A stretch of 64,000 bases of DNA from contig OZ374557.1 of the NCBI GenBank assembly GCA_977862235.1, positions 682,001 to 746,000 of the forward strand. Direction: 5' to 3'. The notes beneath the pieces are model-generated. The model saw nothing but the letters and a program-made list of their open reading frames with translations, ran no database searches and was not told where the DNA came from. This document shows positions 1 through 12,365 of the stretch, in pieces; position 1 is the stretch's first letter, and each line of letters begins with the position of its first letter. The translations under genes and the position numbers were made by a program. Origin of the DNA: Dudresnaya verticillata. Taxonomy: Eukaryota.

Positions 1-465
1 CGAATCCGAAAAGGCTGGGGGCAAGCTTCAGCGCGAGCTGTTGCTTGCCCGCTTTACTGAGCCGTCGATGGCCGACGGTCTTAAATACCCTCCACTATGT
101 GCACTACGACTACTTGTACAGTAGGTGCGCCCCACAACACCAAAGCGGGAGGTGTGCGCGCGCGCCTATACACGTGTCGACACGTCCGGGTAACGGTTAC
201 CCGTGGGCGCGCGCGGGGCGTAACGGGCAGCGGCCCTCTCAACAGCTCGATGCCGGAGAGCGTCACAGGGGCGCACCGTGTGCGGCACGGCGCGCGGCCG
301 CTGCCGGTAGCAATGCGGTCGACCGCTACTAATTCAACGAAAAAACTAAGGGCACGCTGCCCAACCACGACTCGCCAGCGGGCGTCATTGTGTGCACCCC
401 TACAGTGCAAGGCTGCCAGCATACCTTACAGCCGCTGCTGGTAGGGTGCTGACAGCTATACTACA
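1..465. mobile_element. Terminal part of an LTR (ends ...CTACA) inserted into a Gypsy pol fragment
   Basis: GC-rich non-coding stretch ending in CA at 465. From 466 the sequence abruptly matches the pol region of element A (gttgaaacgaatcgaggaag vs gttgaaaagaatccaggaag at ~11688). Confidence 0.5.
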
Positions 466-2065
466 TAGACGTTGAAACGAATCGAGGAAGTGCGTTCCTC
501 TGGCCGTGCACGTGACGGCGACCCAGGTTTCTGAACCGGGTAGTAAGTTAGTTGTTTGGGCAACTCTCACGAGTCGCGAGTTAGGTAGGGGAGGTACCTC
601 CATGGGCTCGCCAGAGTTCGTGGCTCTCGGGATACCGCACCGACGTCGTAGAATCGGGAGTACCGAGCCATCCCGTAGCGCGATGTGTTGCTTGCGTACA
701 CGCAACGCTTCGACGTGGGTATCGATACAGCTCATCCTAAGGTCATATCAACGGCTAATGCCTTGAATACGACGAACGGTTGTTGTACCGTGTAGGAGCC
801 AATTATGACGGTCAGGGAGATCATTCCCATAGTTGTTAAGCGGTGACTTGACGCGGATGTCAAATTCACGATCGATCGGGTCGAAGATATCTTCTTCCGT
901 TCTTTCAAAGGGAGTGCGTCGGCTCGGATGAGATTTGGGCCCGCCCCAGTGTCCAAGACTGAGAGCACTTGAGTACGTTTTTCAACAGAAATCCCCACGG
1001 ACGCGACAACTTTATAGTTGTATCTCGAAAGAGAGCAAACTGGGTCCTTAACATACTCATGATACTTATACCCGGGAGGTAGGCCCACGGGGGCGTTCTA
1101 AAATCTTCTTTGGAAGAGAAGGCGGGGTTTCCCGCGACACCGATCGGTTGGTAGAGGAGAAGCTTAAGAAGTCACTTTCCTCTGAACGATCGGGGGTTCC
1201 GATACGACTGGGGTTGCCCAGTGAACCGAGACCGGTTCCCCCTAGCTAGTTTTTCGCCCTGCTAGCAGGCGACCGCGGAAGCGGTGGAGGCGGCGGAAGG
1301 GTTCGTGACCCTGGTCTTGGCGAGCGTGGCGCCGACGGTGGGTGTCTGGGAGTGTCAACCGGGTGATTAAGTCCCGCTTGGAATTGGACATGTCCGTTCC
1401 TGCCTGGGGTTGACCCCAAATTTTGATGCCTGCCTAGCGGCGGCCCACTGGCCCATCCTGACGATGCGTAGTCGCGGTGGGCCCCACGGGTATATCCGTT
1501 TGCGAACTCGGGTAGGCGCCCTATGGTGGCTAACCATGTCTTTTGCTCGCGCGACAGGTGATAAAACTGTCGGCGTTTTAGCGCCTCAAATGATGGTTCA
1601 TCCGTGCGAGCCAGATATGGGCAATTCGGTTTTTTGTGGCCCACGCCATAGCACTCGAAACGTCATCAGACTCCTGAATCATCGTGTCCATTTCAGAAGA
1701 AATCTTCTCGATGTAGACATCCTTGCGTAAGTACGCAGGAGGTAATTAATGGCTTCCGGCGACTCATTGAAACCACCATTGTCGTCGCCTGTGGCATCGA
1801 AATTGGCTTCGAACATGTCCTTAGCGTATTTTTCCAAGAACTCTGGGATAACCAGAATGGCAGCGCCTTCACTAACTTGGGTTTGATCCAACTGTCGTTT
1901 CAACGTGGCCAGAAAGCCAATTATGGAAACTCGGTCACTCCCATCAGAGCGGCGACTCCTCATTACGGATTTAACCCGTTTAATCTTCTTGGACGTGGCT
2001 TCCGTTACTTCCGGTCCTCGATATGAATCGACATTCAACAACCGATAGCGTCGGTACGAAAGAAC
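466..2065 (-). pseudogene. Gypsy gag/protease fragment, same family as element A
   Basis: Gag (LSYRRYRL; ORF 1679-2041), zinc knuckle FECYGVGHKKPNC, and aspartic protease SVLDTGAGPNLI (732-1088). Peptides are near-identical to 11655-12854 (KYHEYVKDP.CSLSRYNY; PYLARTDE.SFEALKR). Frameshifted. Confidence 0.9.
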
Positions 2066-2069
2066 CTAT

Positions 2070-3194
2070 CTACTGGTTACTGCTCGCAGCCAGCTATGGC
2101 TTGGTTAATGCAAATGCCAAGTGGCAGTATCACTCCGACTCCAGCAGGCAGTTGTCCATATACCCCAGCTGTTTTACCTCTGCAAGGATGGTGTAATTAT
2201 ACTTTTGGTCGCGAAGGTTGTCGATGACCTTTTAATTGCTGGTATGGATACTGCCAAGAAATGGTTCGTGGAAGCACTATTTACGTTTTACGTCCTCGGA
2301 ACAATTGTGCATCTCCCTGGCACATTTTCCTTTTTTGGACTCACCATCTCTCAAGATGACGATGGTGTAATAACCATATGTGCGAAGGATAAGCTTGAGA
2401 AGCTCCATCCATACGCATTTGGTCGTATGCGCAGAAAATAGTTTGATGCAGAACTTAACTCAGTTGAGAAGTTTTAATTTGGCTCTCTGAATGGATCTTT
2501 TGGGTTCCTGGGACAGAACGTTAGCCCTTTTGCAGCATTCTATTCAGGCTTCATGCAGCAAAGAAGGTCAACACCTACTGTACGCGGCATAGTTCGTCAA
2601 TTTGGTTTATTGAGAAAGCTCAAGAGTATGGGTTCTACCACAAGGTTTTGCGTTCCTGATTCTGGTACCTTTCCAGTTCCAGTTGTCGTTTTTTCTGATG
2701 CAGGTCATCCCACAGCCCATGGACAACTTGGTTATATTGCTGGTTTTCTTATTAAAGCGCACTTCCATGTTCTTGGTTGGAGTTCTCACCTGTCAAGGTG
2801 GCCGGCAAAATCTAGCGCCGCTGCTGAGGTAATGGCGGCAAGTGAGGCACTTGATGATTGAAAACTCATTGCGGCAGCTTATTCTACATTGCTACAAGGA
2901 AACATTCATTTAAGCCTGGTCGTAGATTCTAAGGATTTGTTCTCATCCCTATCTACCTGTCGGTGTCCCGAAGATAAATCAATAACCGCTGATGTCCAGC
3001 TAATTCGCTACAACTTTGAAACACATGCGCTCAACTCTGTTATCTGGATTCCAGGAAGATTGAACTTCGCAGATGTACTCACTAAGGTTGATAGTCCTCT
3101 TAGCGACAGCCTACAACTTATGATGTTTGACGGTGTTCTGCCCTTTGACTTCAAGCAACACGAGTCGCGCACTTCCCACAGATCGCTTGGATAA
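2070..3194 (+). pseudogene. Copia RT C-terminus and RNase H, 5'-truncated and degenerate
   Basis: YGLVNANAKW and KVVDDLLIAG (RT); FSDAG, VVDSKDLF and WIPGRLNFADVLTK (Copia RNase H). In-frame stops are present. Confidence 0.9.
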
Positions 3195-3213
3195 GCACTT
3201 TTAAAAGGGAAGG

Positions 3214-3677
3214 TATGAATAACTTCGCTTGCAGAGCTGTTCAAAGTCTTTGGCAGAACTGTTCTGTTTTATCATTGTACTGTTCAAGATGTAATTACTG
3301 TCGTGCTTGTTATGTACGTAGTTAAAGCTGTTGAGCTGCTACCCTGCAATGTCCGCAATATCTTCTCTAGCGGTTGAAGCATGTAGCTGTTTAGTGCAAG
3401 CTGTTACTCTACAGTAGTCCTGTTATTTGGCTAGTTGTTCTGCGGACTTTGGTCTATTTATGTTGGGCAATTGTAGCACATTCCTAGACCCAGCCATCGA
3501 CACACATACCCACACACATCAACACACACAACACCATTTACCTACTCCTCCATCCAGCAACTCATTCTACCTCTATTCACTTTCTACCAGCCAACTACAA
3601 CTGCGTGTTTCCCTCCCTTTATTAACTCTTCCCCCTATCGGTGCGGCTTCTGGAGTCGACGTCAGCCACAGCTCACA
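3214..3677 (+). mobile_element. Copia 3' LTR, preceded by a polypurine tract (3203-3213)
   Basis: AAAAGGGAAGG lies just after the RNase H stop. The LTR ends are tatga...tcaca, a degenerate TGTGA/TCACA inverted repeat. Confidence 0.65.
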
Positions 3678-3970
3678 GTAGTTGTCAGGTGTGCCATAGG
3701 TGTCGATACCCTGCCCAGGTTTCACGCGTCTCAGCGTTCGTCGGCTCCCAGCTGCTTTGTCAAGTCGCGCTCGTCAGCCTCGTGGCTTGTCTTTGGAGCC
3801 GACGGTCAGGCTCAAGAACGTTTTCCGCGCCGGAGAAGGTTTCGTAGGTCGCGCTCACTGGAAAAACCGGTTTTGGAGCCGACAGTCAGGTAGAAGAACG
3901 GCTTCCGCGCCGTAGGAGTCATCAGGTCGTGCTCACCACCTAGCAGGGTTAGCTCTGGGGCCGACGCTAA

Positions 3971-6058
3971 CCAAGGAAATGGTCTCCGAACCTTAGGATA
4001 TTTGATCCCCGGACGGTTTGGAAGTCGTTGGGGGTACTCGTTCGCCATAGCGAAATGGCTCCGCCACACTTCGCGTATGGGACGGCAGGCTCGAGTGCCA
4101 GTATCTTGGGACATGAGGTGGATGCGGCTGGCGTGCCAATAGCGATCTCCCACAGCCGCGATTGGCTCTTGTGTACCGACCTAACACATCTAAAGATGCG
4201 GGCGGGAGCTAGTCGCGAGGAGGTTCTCCGCATCGGGGGGAGGATGGCTCAAAGCCGTGTTTGTAATAGCCTCATGGGCACGTTCGTTGGCATCCTGACC
4301 GGTACCACCCGGTTCCTCCCGCGCCTTGACGGCGATGCAGGCACTCTGCAATGGGACCTTGCCTATGTGCGCTTCAGGTATGAGATTGCGTGGAGCAATA
4401 CCCTGAGACAGAAGTTAATTGCCCAAGCCGAACTACTGCATGAGATCCATCAGAGTGGACAGTGGGACCTTCGCATGGTAATGCATGAACGCCCACTCAT
4501 ACGTAAGGGTCGGGATAACTTCCCTTATACTATGGGCCGAGTAGTGCGGTTGGACGAGTCGTCCAATATTAAGTATGCGCTCGATACCCCACAGACGGCG
4601 ATGCCGTTAGAACACTCCCGCTTCGAGCGTAAGCAGCGTCATAAGACTGGGTGTCTCATCCCTTGCCATTGCCAAGAGGTGATGGCTATTAAGCCGAAGT
4701 GGTATAACGGGAAGTACCCCTAGATTCCAGACGATCATAAGGATCTCGAGGTCTCATACTCAATGCCCGTTGGAACTCCGACTATCGTCGCTTACCTCGG
4801 TCTAGAAATGATTGCTAAGGCCATGGATGACAGTGTACTTTGGAGTATCTTCCGCCATGAGTGGATTGTTCTCGTCGTACAGACCTTGGTCTATGAGGCT
4901 CGTCGAGGCCTTTTGCATTTCATAGGCCAACCATTGTGCGTGGCCATTCGGGCTCTGAGCCCGACAGCTCTTACGGCGGATGCAGAAGAAGCCAAGGACT
5001 TAGAAGTCCTGCTCGTATTCATAGAGCGCATCCGCTGGAGCGAAATGTCTAAGAGGAACCGACAACTTCCGGATAATACCGGGCATCTAACTCCGGTCTT
5101 CGACTGTGGAGACTGGGTGGATTTTGATCCTCAGAAGTGGCATCCACTCTTACCAGAGTACCTAATTCAGCCGGAGCCATCAGAGACTCAACCCCTGGTT
5201 ATTGATGAGGGAATTAGTATAAACGGCGTCACTTCTGGTTGAGTTAGTTCCCATTGGTGAGACTCGGGTCCTCAGGCCCCTGAGCAGGTTCCGGTTTACG
5301 ACGAGACAGTCGGTGGGCAGCCACAGGGACCTTATGACCCGCCTGCTATGGGCTATTCGAAAGCCGAACACGTTATTAGAGACGTCTTGAATAGGCGCGG
5401 GTTAGCCACCCGGCTTGCTTGCCATTGGGACATGCGTCATCTCAACATACATAGTCCGGCAGACTGGGTGGAGGAGGTCATAGTGGATTATGAGTCCAAT
5501 TGGTTGCAGATGCCGGGCCCGACCGACGAGATGGAGCGTCTGCGGGCCCACTTCGACGCTCTTCCTCCCCTGTCGGGCCGTTCGTGGGTCGGGGACGTGA
5601 AGCCGCGTCGCGGCATTGGCCACGCTGGCGCGCCTGGCATCAAACAAGAGTCGACTGCAGTCGAAGAAAAAGACCCTCGAGCTAACACGCGTGACGATCC
5701 CGCCGCGATTCCGCGTGAGGAGTCGTCCGCCACCGCCATGCAGACCACAGCTTCAGCCTTTATGTCGGTTACCACGCCTTCGGTGTCGTTCGTTTCAACT
5801 TGTACTGCGATAGCAGCGGTGGGGGCTCCGACCCTTCTGGCACCGACTACGGGGGTACCCGGTTGTGCCCCCATGGGCGAGTTCCTTGGGGCAGACTTTC
5901 CTCACCGTGGCTCTCAAGACACAGAGGAAGTGTTGACCGGGGTTACCGCAGTCGTACCTGTGCCACATATAAGGACGCTGAGGGCTCAAAGCTCGCTGTT
6001 GACGGGCAGGATGGCGCCTCTCAAGCGAATAAGGTCGCAACCTCCTCAGATGACGTAA
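3971..6058 (+). pseudogene. Antisense accessory ORF of element A (unknown family, copy 1)
   Basis: ORFs 4028-4723, 4763-5242 and 5348-6058 share one frame and are separated by stops. Motifs RFERKQRHKTGCLIP, VLWSIFRHEW and CGDWVDFDP align with the other copies. Confidence 0.7.
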
Positions 6059-7890
6059 TTGTCAAGACTGAATTAGTCATCAAGGAGGAGGACGAAGAGC
6101 AGCCCGCTGCAGTCGGTGTATTAAGGAGCGGCTTAGAAGCTATGGACATCGATGAAACTGCGACTGGCAGTCGGGTTGCTAATGAGGAAGCGGGGACCAG
6201 TCTCGGTCGGGGTTCCCGCCGCTTGGGACGTGGACGTCGCATGATACTCGAAGTGCGTCGTGTCGTCATTTCTCATACGGCCCCGCAGCCGGACCCGCCT
6301 CTCGGCGAGTAAGAGGTCATCGACCTGCTGTCCGATAAAGCCGTTTGATGGCTTATAGCAACCCACCTTTCCCTAGTGTCCGCTGCAGCGGGGCTGCAAG
6401 CCATTTTAATTCGCTTGCCTTGGGCAAGAGCGGCTTAACCGCTAAAGTAAATTCCTGATGTTGTTATTCCAGTGTGGCTGAGAGCTGATCTCAGCGCCCT
6501 TATTTTTCTTGCCGTTAGCGCGGCCGCATGTCGACGGGTTGATTCTCCAAAGGCCCGCTTTTCAGATAGGCAAATCCGATGCGCGTACTACCGTTTGGGT
6601 CAACCTCGCACCTCAAGCTGGCAGCTCTCCCATGCATCTTGGCGCAAATATGGACAGTGCTCTTTGGATGGGCTAACTCACAGAAACTGTCGGCACTGTT
6701 GGGAGTAGGCTGGCACCACAGCGCGCACCGTGGCACCGAGTCCTTGGGACGAATTTGATTCGTGGCTCATTCCGCCTTCTTGAGGGGAGCAGGGCGAGTG
6801 AGAAGACGCCAGCAGCGACCCATCCCCCTCTACAGTAGCAGAAAGGGTTACTGTAGCGGTGGAGCGATTTTGCGCCAACTCACGGCGTGCTTTGTTTGAC
6901 GAACTCTAATTCGCGAATGAGGGATTCAGATGGGATTCAGATGAATATGATTCGTGAATAATTGCGCAGAGGAATTTGATTCGTCGTCCAATCCGCCTCC
7001 ATGCTCTTGGATGGTCGGGGATTGAAACGGCACCAGCGAGGTCCCTCGTTTCGTTGTTACTCTGGCTCTGACCTTCCGTAGAGGGGGGTAGACCATATTC
7101 ACAGCCTACATCTCAAATAAGGGGCGGGAATTCTCACGCCTTCCCCTAGACCGTGTCGTGGTTGCTAGGTACCAAAACGTCTTTCCCTGTCGACGACTTG
7201 CGATCCGTTTGGTTGCAGAGCAATTGGTTAACCCCATTGGATATAGCCCGACAGCCGTTTTGACTTCATGCACCGGGTAGCGTTTCTAATAGACCTTCCG
7301 GTCTTCCGTTTACCCCCATTGGAGAGCTGATCAGCTCTATTGGTTTCGACTCCGGTGATCTGGCCATGGCCATTAGCGGTTCTAATGGCGGGCGGAGATG
7401 CCGGCCCGCTATAGCGCTATAGGTGATGTGGCGATAAAGCCATTTTCAATAGCAATCGCGAAACGCACAGCTACTACTATAGTGGTTTAGGGAATTGTTC
7501 TCTCTAGGTCCTGAGCCTTACAATCATCTTCCAGCCTTGAGTTTCCAACTCATCTATCCATTTTCTTGAACTTCCAGTTCATCCGTTCCACATTCTTGAA
7601 CTTCCAGGTTCATCCGTTCCACATCCATCCAAACATCCATACAAGGCTTCCAACCTTCTGTGCTTCTATCCATTTCCGATTTCCAAAAGGGGTCAACCCC
7701 ATTCAGTTATAATAGTATACATGGGCATAGCCATTGCTATTCCGTGGACAGGTTCGGCGATCCGCAACCGGACGTTACATTCGCTTTCCTTATAAGGCTT
7801 CTGCCTGGCCTAGGGTGAAGCACACAAGCGTGCCGTGGTGTAGAACAGAGTCATGACGCTTGAGTTATCATCAGACTGGTCGACCTGTGG

Positions 7891-10800
7891 TTATTCCAAG
7901 AAGGAAATCCCCTTCGCGCGTTGATACCGTTTGACTAGATTCTCTGGGAGGTGTTCTCGCGGTTCCCATGTGTCCTGTGATGCAGGGCACTGGTACCAGC
8001 GCACCTTGTACAGTTTCGACTCGGAGTCGTAGTCGACCAATTTGTCATAAACATGCTCCCGTGGCGGGGCTTTCTTGAAGCTCGAAAACGGACGACGCGG
8101 GGTCGTCCCATCTGCATTAGGGGAGATCAGCTCGCCATGTGCTTGAGGAGAGCTTAGGCCCTGCGTGACCATTGGCCCTGTATCGTTCAGACCAGAAGGT
8201 GTGATAACCTCATCGCGAGGGGGTACGGTGGCAGAAACCGGGCCAGCGCCATTATCGATATCCTCGATCACTTCCCGAGGAGGGGTGACCGTCTGCGCAC
8301 TTGCTTGTTCCGTGCCCGCTTCCAGCTGCTCCTCTCTTACAATATTCTGCGATGGTACGACGCCTGGACGATTGGTGGTTATTGACTCAAGAGTTGGTCC
8401 TGCTGGCTCCACATTTCCAGGAGTAGCCTCCACAATGGGTGGGGCTAGCCCTAGAGCTTCAAGCTCTTCTTCCGGTGATGGGGCCAGAGTGACACGGTCC
8501 AGAGAGACTGATTCTCTTTCACCATTACTTTCCAACACGACAGTGTGCGTTCCTCTCTCCAGGATCTTTAACGGGCCGAGAGCCTTTGGAAACAATTTTC
8601 CTTCTCGTGCCACCCCCTTGGCGTCTTTCATTTTCGTCTCTCTCTCGAGAAATACCCAGTTACCCGGGCGTAACTTCTGATTAGTCAGACGAAAACGATT
8701 GTTGAAGTTGACTTCACATCACTGTTGAGCCATGCGTAGACATTGCGACGCTGTGTCCATCAACTTCTCGAGTCGCGCGGTTAACCGCTTCTTGACATTA
8801 ACCGCTGGCACGTTCGCAACGTCTAACGACTCTTCTTTCTCCATTAGAAGGGAAGTAGGCGGGTTGGATAGAACCAAATCAACGGGCGCGAGACCCGTTG
8901 CACGATGAACGGTCGTGTTATATGCGTACGTCAGAGCAGACGTGAATTCATCCCAATCTTTTTGGTCTTCAGCAATGAAATGCCTCAGCCCTGCTAACAG
9001 GGTATGATTAAACCTTTCTGTTTGTCCGTTCGTCTGCGGATGATAAGTCGACGTAAACAAATTCCGAATCTTGAGAATGCTACAGACGGCTATGAAGAAC
9101 TTAGACGCAAACTGCGAACCATTGTCCGACAGGATATAGCGGGGAAGTCCGTAGGTGTCCATCCAATGTTCGCAGAACGCTTTCGCCACAGTATAAGCTG
9201 TTACCGTTTTCAATGGTATAGCTCGAGTAAGCTTTGAGAAGCGGCCCGTCATCACGAGCAGATACCCGTTGTCCTTACTCGACCGAGGTAGCGGCCCTAG
9301 GATATCAATCCCCACGAACTCTAACGGCATTGTAGCCGAAAACAACTTCATATGGGAAGCGTGTTGTCGTAGCTGAACACGTTCCTGTGCACATTTCACA
9401 CAGTTTAGAACTGTCGCATATACCGCGAGAGCCATGCCAGACCAGAATACTTGTCGGCGCAAATTATGATACATCCTTGTCCCACCGGGGTGACCGGCCA
9501 TCTCCGGGTAGTGCGCGAGATGTAGGGCCCCCGTTCTTGGAGTACTCTAGGTATCACTACCTGTCGTGTCTTATCTATATAAGACCGTCGGACTAGCAGT
9601 CCTCGTTCATCTTCCAGATAGCAGCCTGGCTTGCCGGAATCGATGGCGAGTTTGATACCCATACAGAATTGATCGGTTCGCTGAGAGCGAAGAATCTCCT
9701 CCACGGTGAGCAGAGAAAGACTCTTTTCGTCCACGTATTTCTCCACCACGTTGGCTATTAATTGTTCATCCTCGAGTAGCAACTCGATTGAATCATCCTC
9801 GGGTTCCACCTCCCAGCTCTCCAAGGGTCTGGATAGGGCGTCCGTTCGCGAATCGCTTTCAGACGAAAGGTCGCGAAGATCCGTCCGGTCGCTGTCAGCG
9901 ATTACAAAGCAAGGAATCTCCAAATCTGGTTCCCAGTTGGTAAAACCGTAAGTAGGTAATCGAGAGACGGCATCAGCTATCTGATTCTTCTTTCCCTTAC
10001 GGTATTGAACCGTGAAGTCGCATTCGAGGAGTCGCAAGCGCCAGCGCGCTAATCGTCTGGATGCATCCGTCATACTCATCATCCACTTGAGTGCCTGATG
10101 GTCGGTGTACAAGTCAAAATGCGACCTTTCTAAATATGGTCTGAGCATTTGGGTGGCCCAAACCACCGCGAGGCATTCCTTCTCGCCGACGGAGTAATTC
10201 CGTTCTGCCTGGGTCAGGCCTCGGCTCCAAAACCCGATAGGGTGACGTGTTGCATCTGGTTCCATTTGCATAAGGGCACACCCTATCTGATAGTCACAAG
10301 CACCGGTATCCACAGATAGAGGTCTATCTTCTGTCGAGAGTCGGAGAATCGGTGGCGCTATTAGTTCCTTTTTCAATAACTCGAACGCTTCGCGTTGTTG
10401 GCAATTAAACGGAGGTAGTTCGAATCCCACATCCTTACGAAGAAGTCTATTAAGCGGTGATGCGACTCGTGCGAAGTTCGGCACAAAGCGTCTATAGACG
10501 TTGCACAACCCAATGAACGTCGTAATTGTGTCTGGTTCTTGGGCTCTTTGAAACCTTCGATGGCTTGAGTATTCTTCGTAGCTACTTCCAGTAGTCCTGG
10601 GCGTATCACACGGCCTAGGTAATCCAGGCTTTTTGTGAAGAAGTTGCACTTCTTGAGCTTGAACGATACTCCCGCTTCTTTCAATACTGAGAGTATTTCT
10701 TGAACATTGCCTAAGTGTTCGTCGACACTCTTTAAGAAGATTATGATATCATCGAAGTAGACGAGACAGGACTTCCATCGGTAACCCGATAATGGGATAT

Positions 10801-12365
10801 CAACGGTTCTCTGAAAGGTCGCCGGCGCGTTGCACAATCCGAATGGCATTCGGCAGAACTGGAAACAACCTGCATGACAGGTAAACGCTGTTTTGGCCTT
10901 GTCTTCCGCTGCTACGGGTATTTGCCAGTAGGCCGAATTTCAATCGAGAGTTTTAAAGTACTGGGCGTCGCCCAATGAATCTAAACACTCATCCGTTCGA
11001 GGTAGAGGATATGAATCCTTGATTGTGATCGAATTCAGGTTCCTGTAATCGAAACAGAAACGGAGAGATCCGTCAGGCTTCTTAACCAGTTCTACTGGGC
11101 TTTCAAAGTCCGAGCGCGTAGGCTCTATGACTCCTTCCTTGAGTTTTTTATCAACTTCGTCTTGTTCCGCTTATCGCGCTTTCGGTCCTGACCGATATGG
11201 TTGCGCAAAGACGGGTTTGGACCCGTTCATGAGCTCGATACGATGCTCTGTAACCTTGATGGTCCCAAGTTTCCCGCTCCACATGTCAGCGAAAGGCCGT
11301 AACATTTTGCGGACGCGGCGTCTGTCAGACGGCGAAAGGTTTACTGCTACGTCGTCGACCATTGGGTTTTCGGTAGCTGTTTTAACGCCTGGTTTCGAAT
11401 CGGTCGCGCCGAGAGCAGCAGTTAGCCCTGCCGCCGTACATCAAAGGCTGTTTCTGCATGAGGACGCGAGTCTTTTGACGTCAGAACCGGGTTGTCAGGG
11501 ACATGGTCGATGGAAACCGAATAAACCGGCGTGGCCGTGGGAGCGGGAACAGCTCGATCAATTACTTGGTTCTTGTTTAGTCGCCGCACGCGAGAAGAAA
11601 CGTTGGCGATCTTTACGCGGAACAGAACGTTCTTTTGAAGCTTGACGATTCCGTTCATGACGACGACTTGTTTACGGTCGTACAGCCGTTGAAAAGAATC
11701 CAGGAAGTGAATTCCTTTAGCCGCACCGCACACGTGACGGCGACCCAGGTTTCCGAACCGGGTTTGAAGTTAGTTGTTAGGGCAACAATCACAAGTCGTG
11801 AGTTAGCTAGAGGAGGAACCTTCATAGGTTCGCCAAAGCTTTCAGCTCGTGGAATCCCGCATCGATGGCAATGAATAGGGTGCACCGAGCCGTCTCGCAG
11901 GACGACGTGTTGCTTGCTCACTCGTAACCCGTCGACGTGGGTATCGAAATAGGTGCAACCCAAAATCATATCCACGGCTAAAGCCTTGACTACGACGAAC
12001 GGTTGACGAACCGTATAGGTCCCAATCCTGACGGCCAGGGAGATCATCCCCAAGATAGTTAAACGATGGCTTGATGCTGAGGTTAAGTTAACGATCGAGC
12101 GGTTCGATGAAATCTTCTTTCTGTCTTCCAAAGATAGCACATCTGCTCTGATGAGGTTAGGGCCCGCGCCCGTATCCAGTACTGAGAGTAATTTCATTAA
12201 ACGTTCAACAGAGGTCCCAACGGATGCGACAACGGTGTAGTTGTATCGCGAGAGCGAGCAGATTGGGTCCTTAACATACTCATGATACTTAGACCCGGGG
12301 GGTACGCCCACGGGGTGTTCTAATATCTTCTTTGGAAGAAGAGGCTGAAGATTCGATGAAACCAA
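7891..12365 (-). pseudogene. Element A pol: protease, RT, RNase H, integrase, chromodomain (frameshifted)
   Basis: LDTGAGPN; MPFGLCNAPATFQR and YFDD; YSVGEKECLAVVW; GHPG, IDILGPLP and YHPQTNGQTERFN; YKVRWYQCPASQDTWEP. Confidence 0.95.

Noticed and set aside
7560..7625. Two ~30-bp tandem copies in the 3' region of element A
   Set aside because: Simple local duplication with no further structure.
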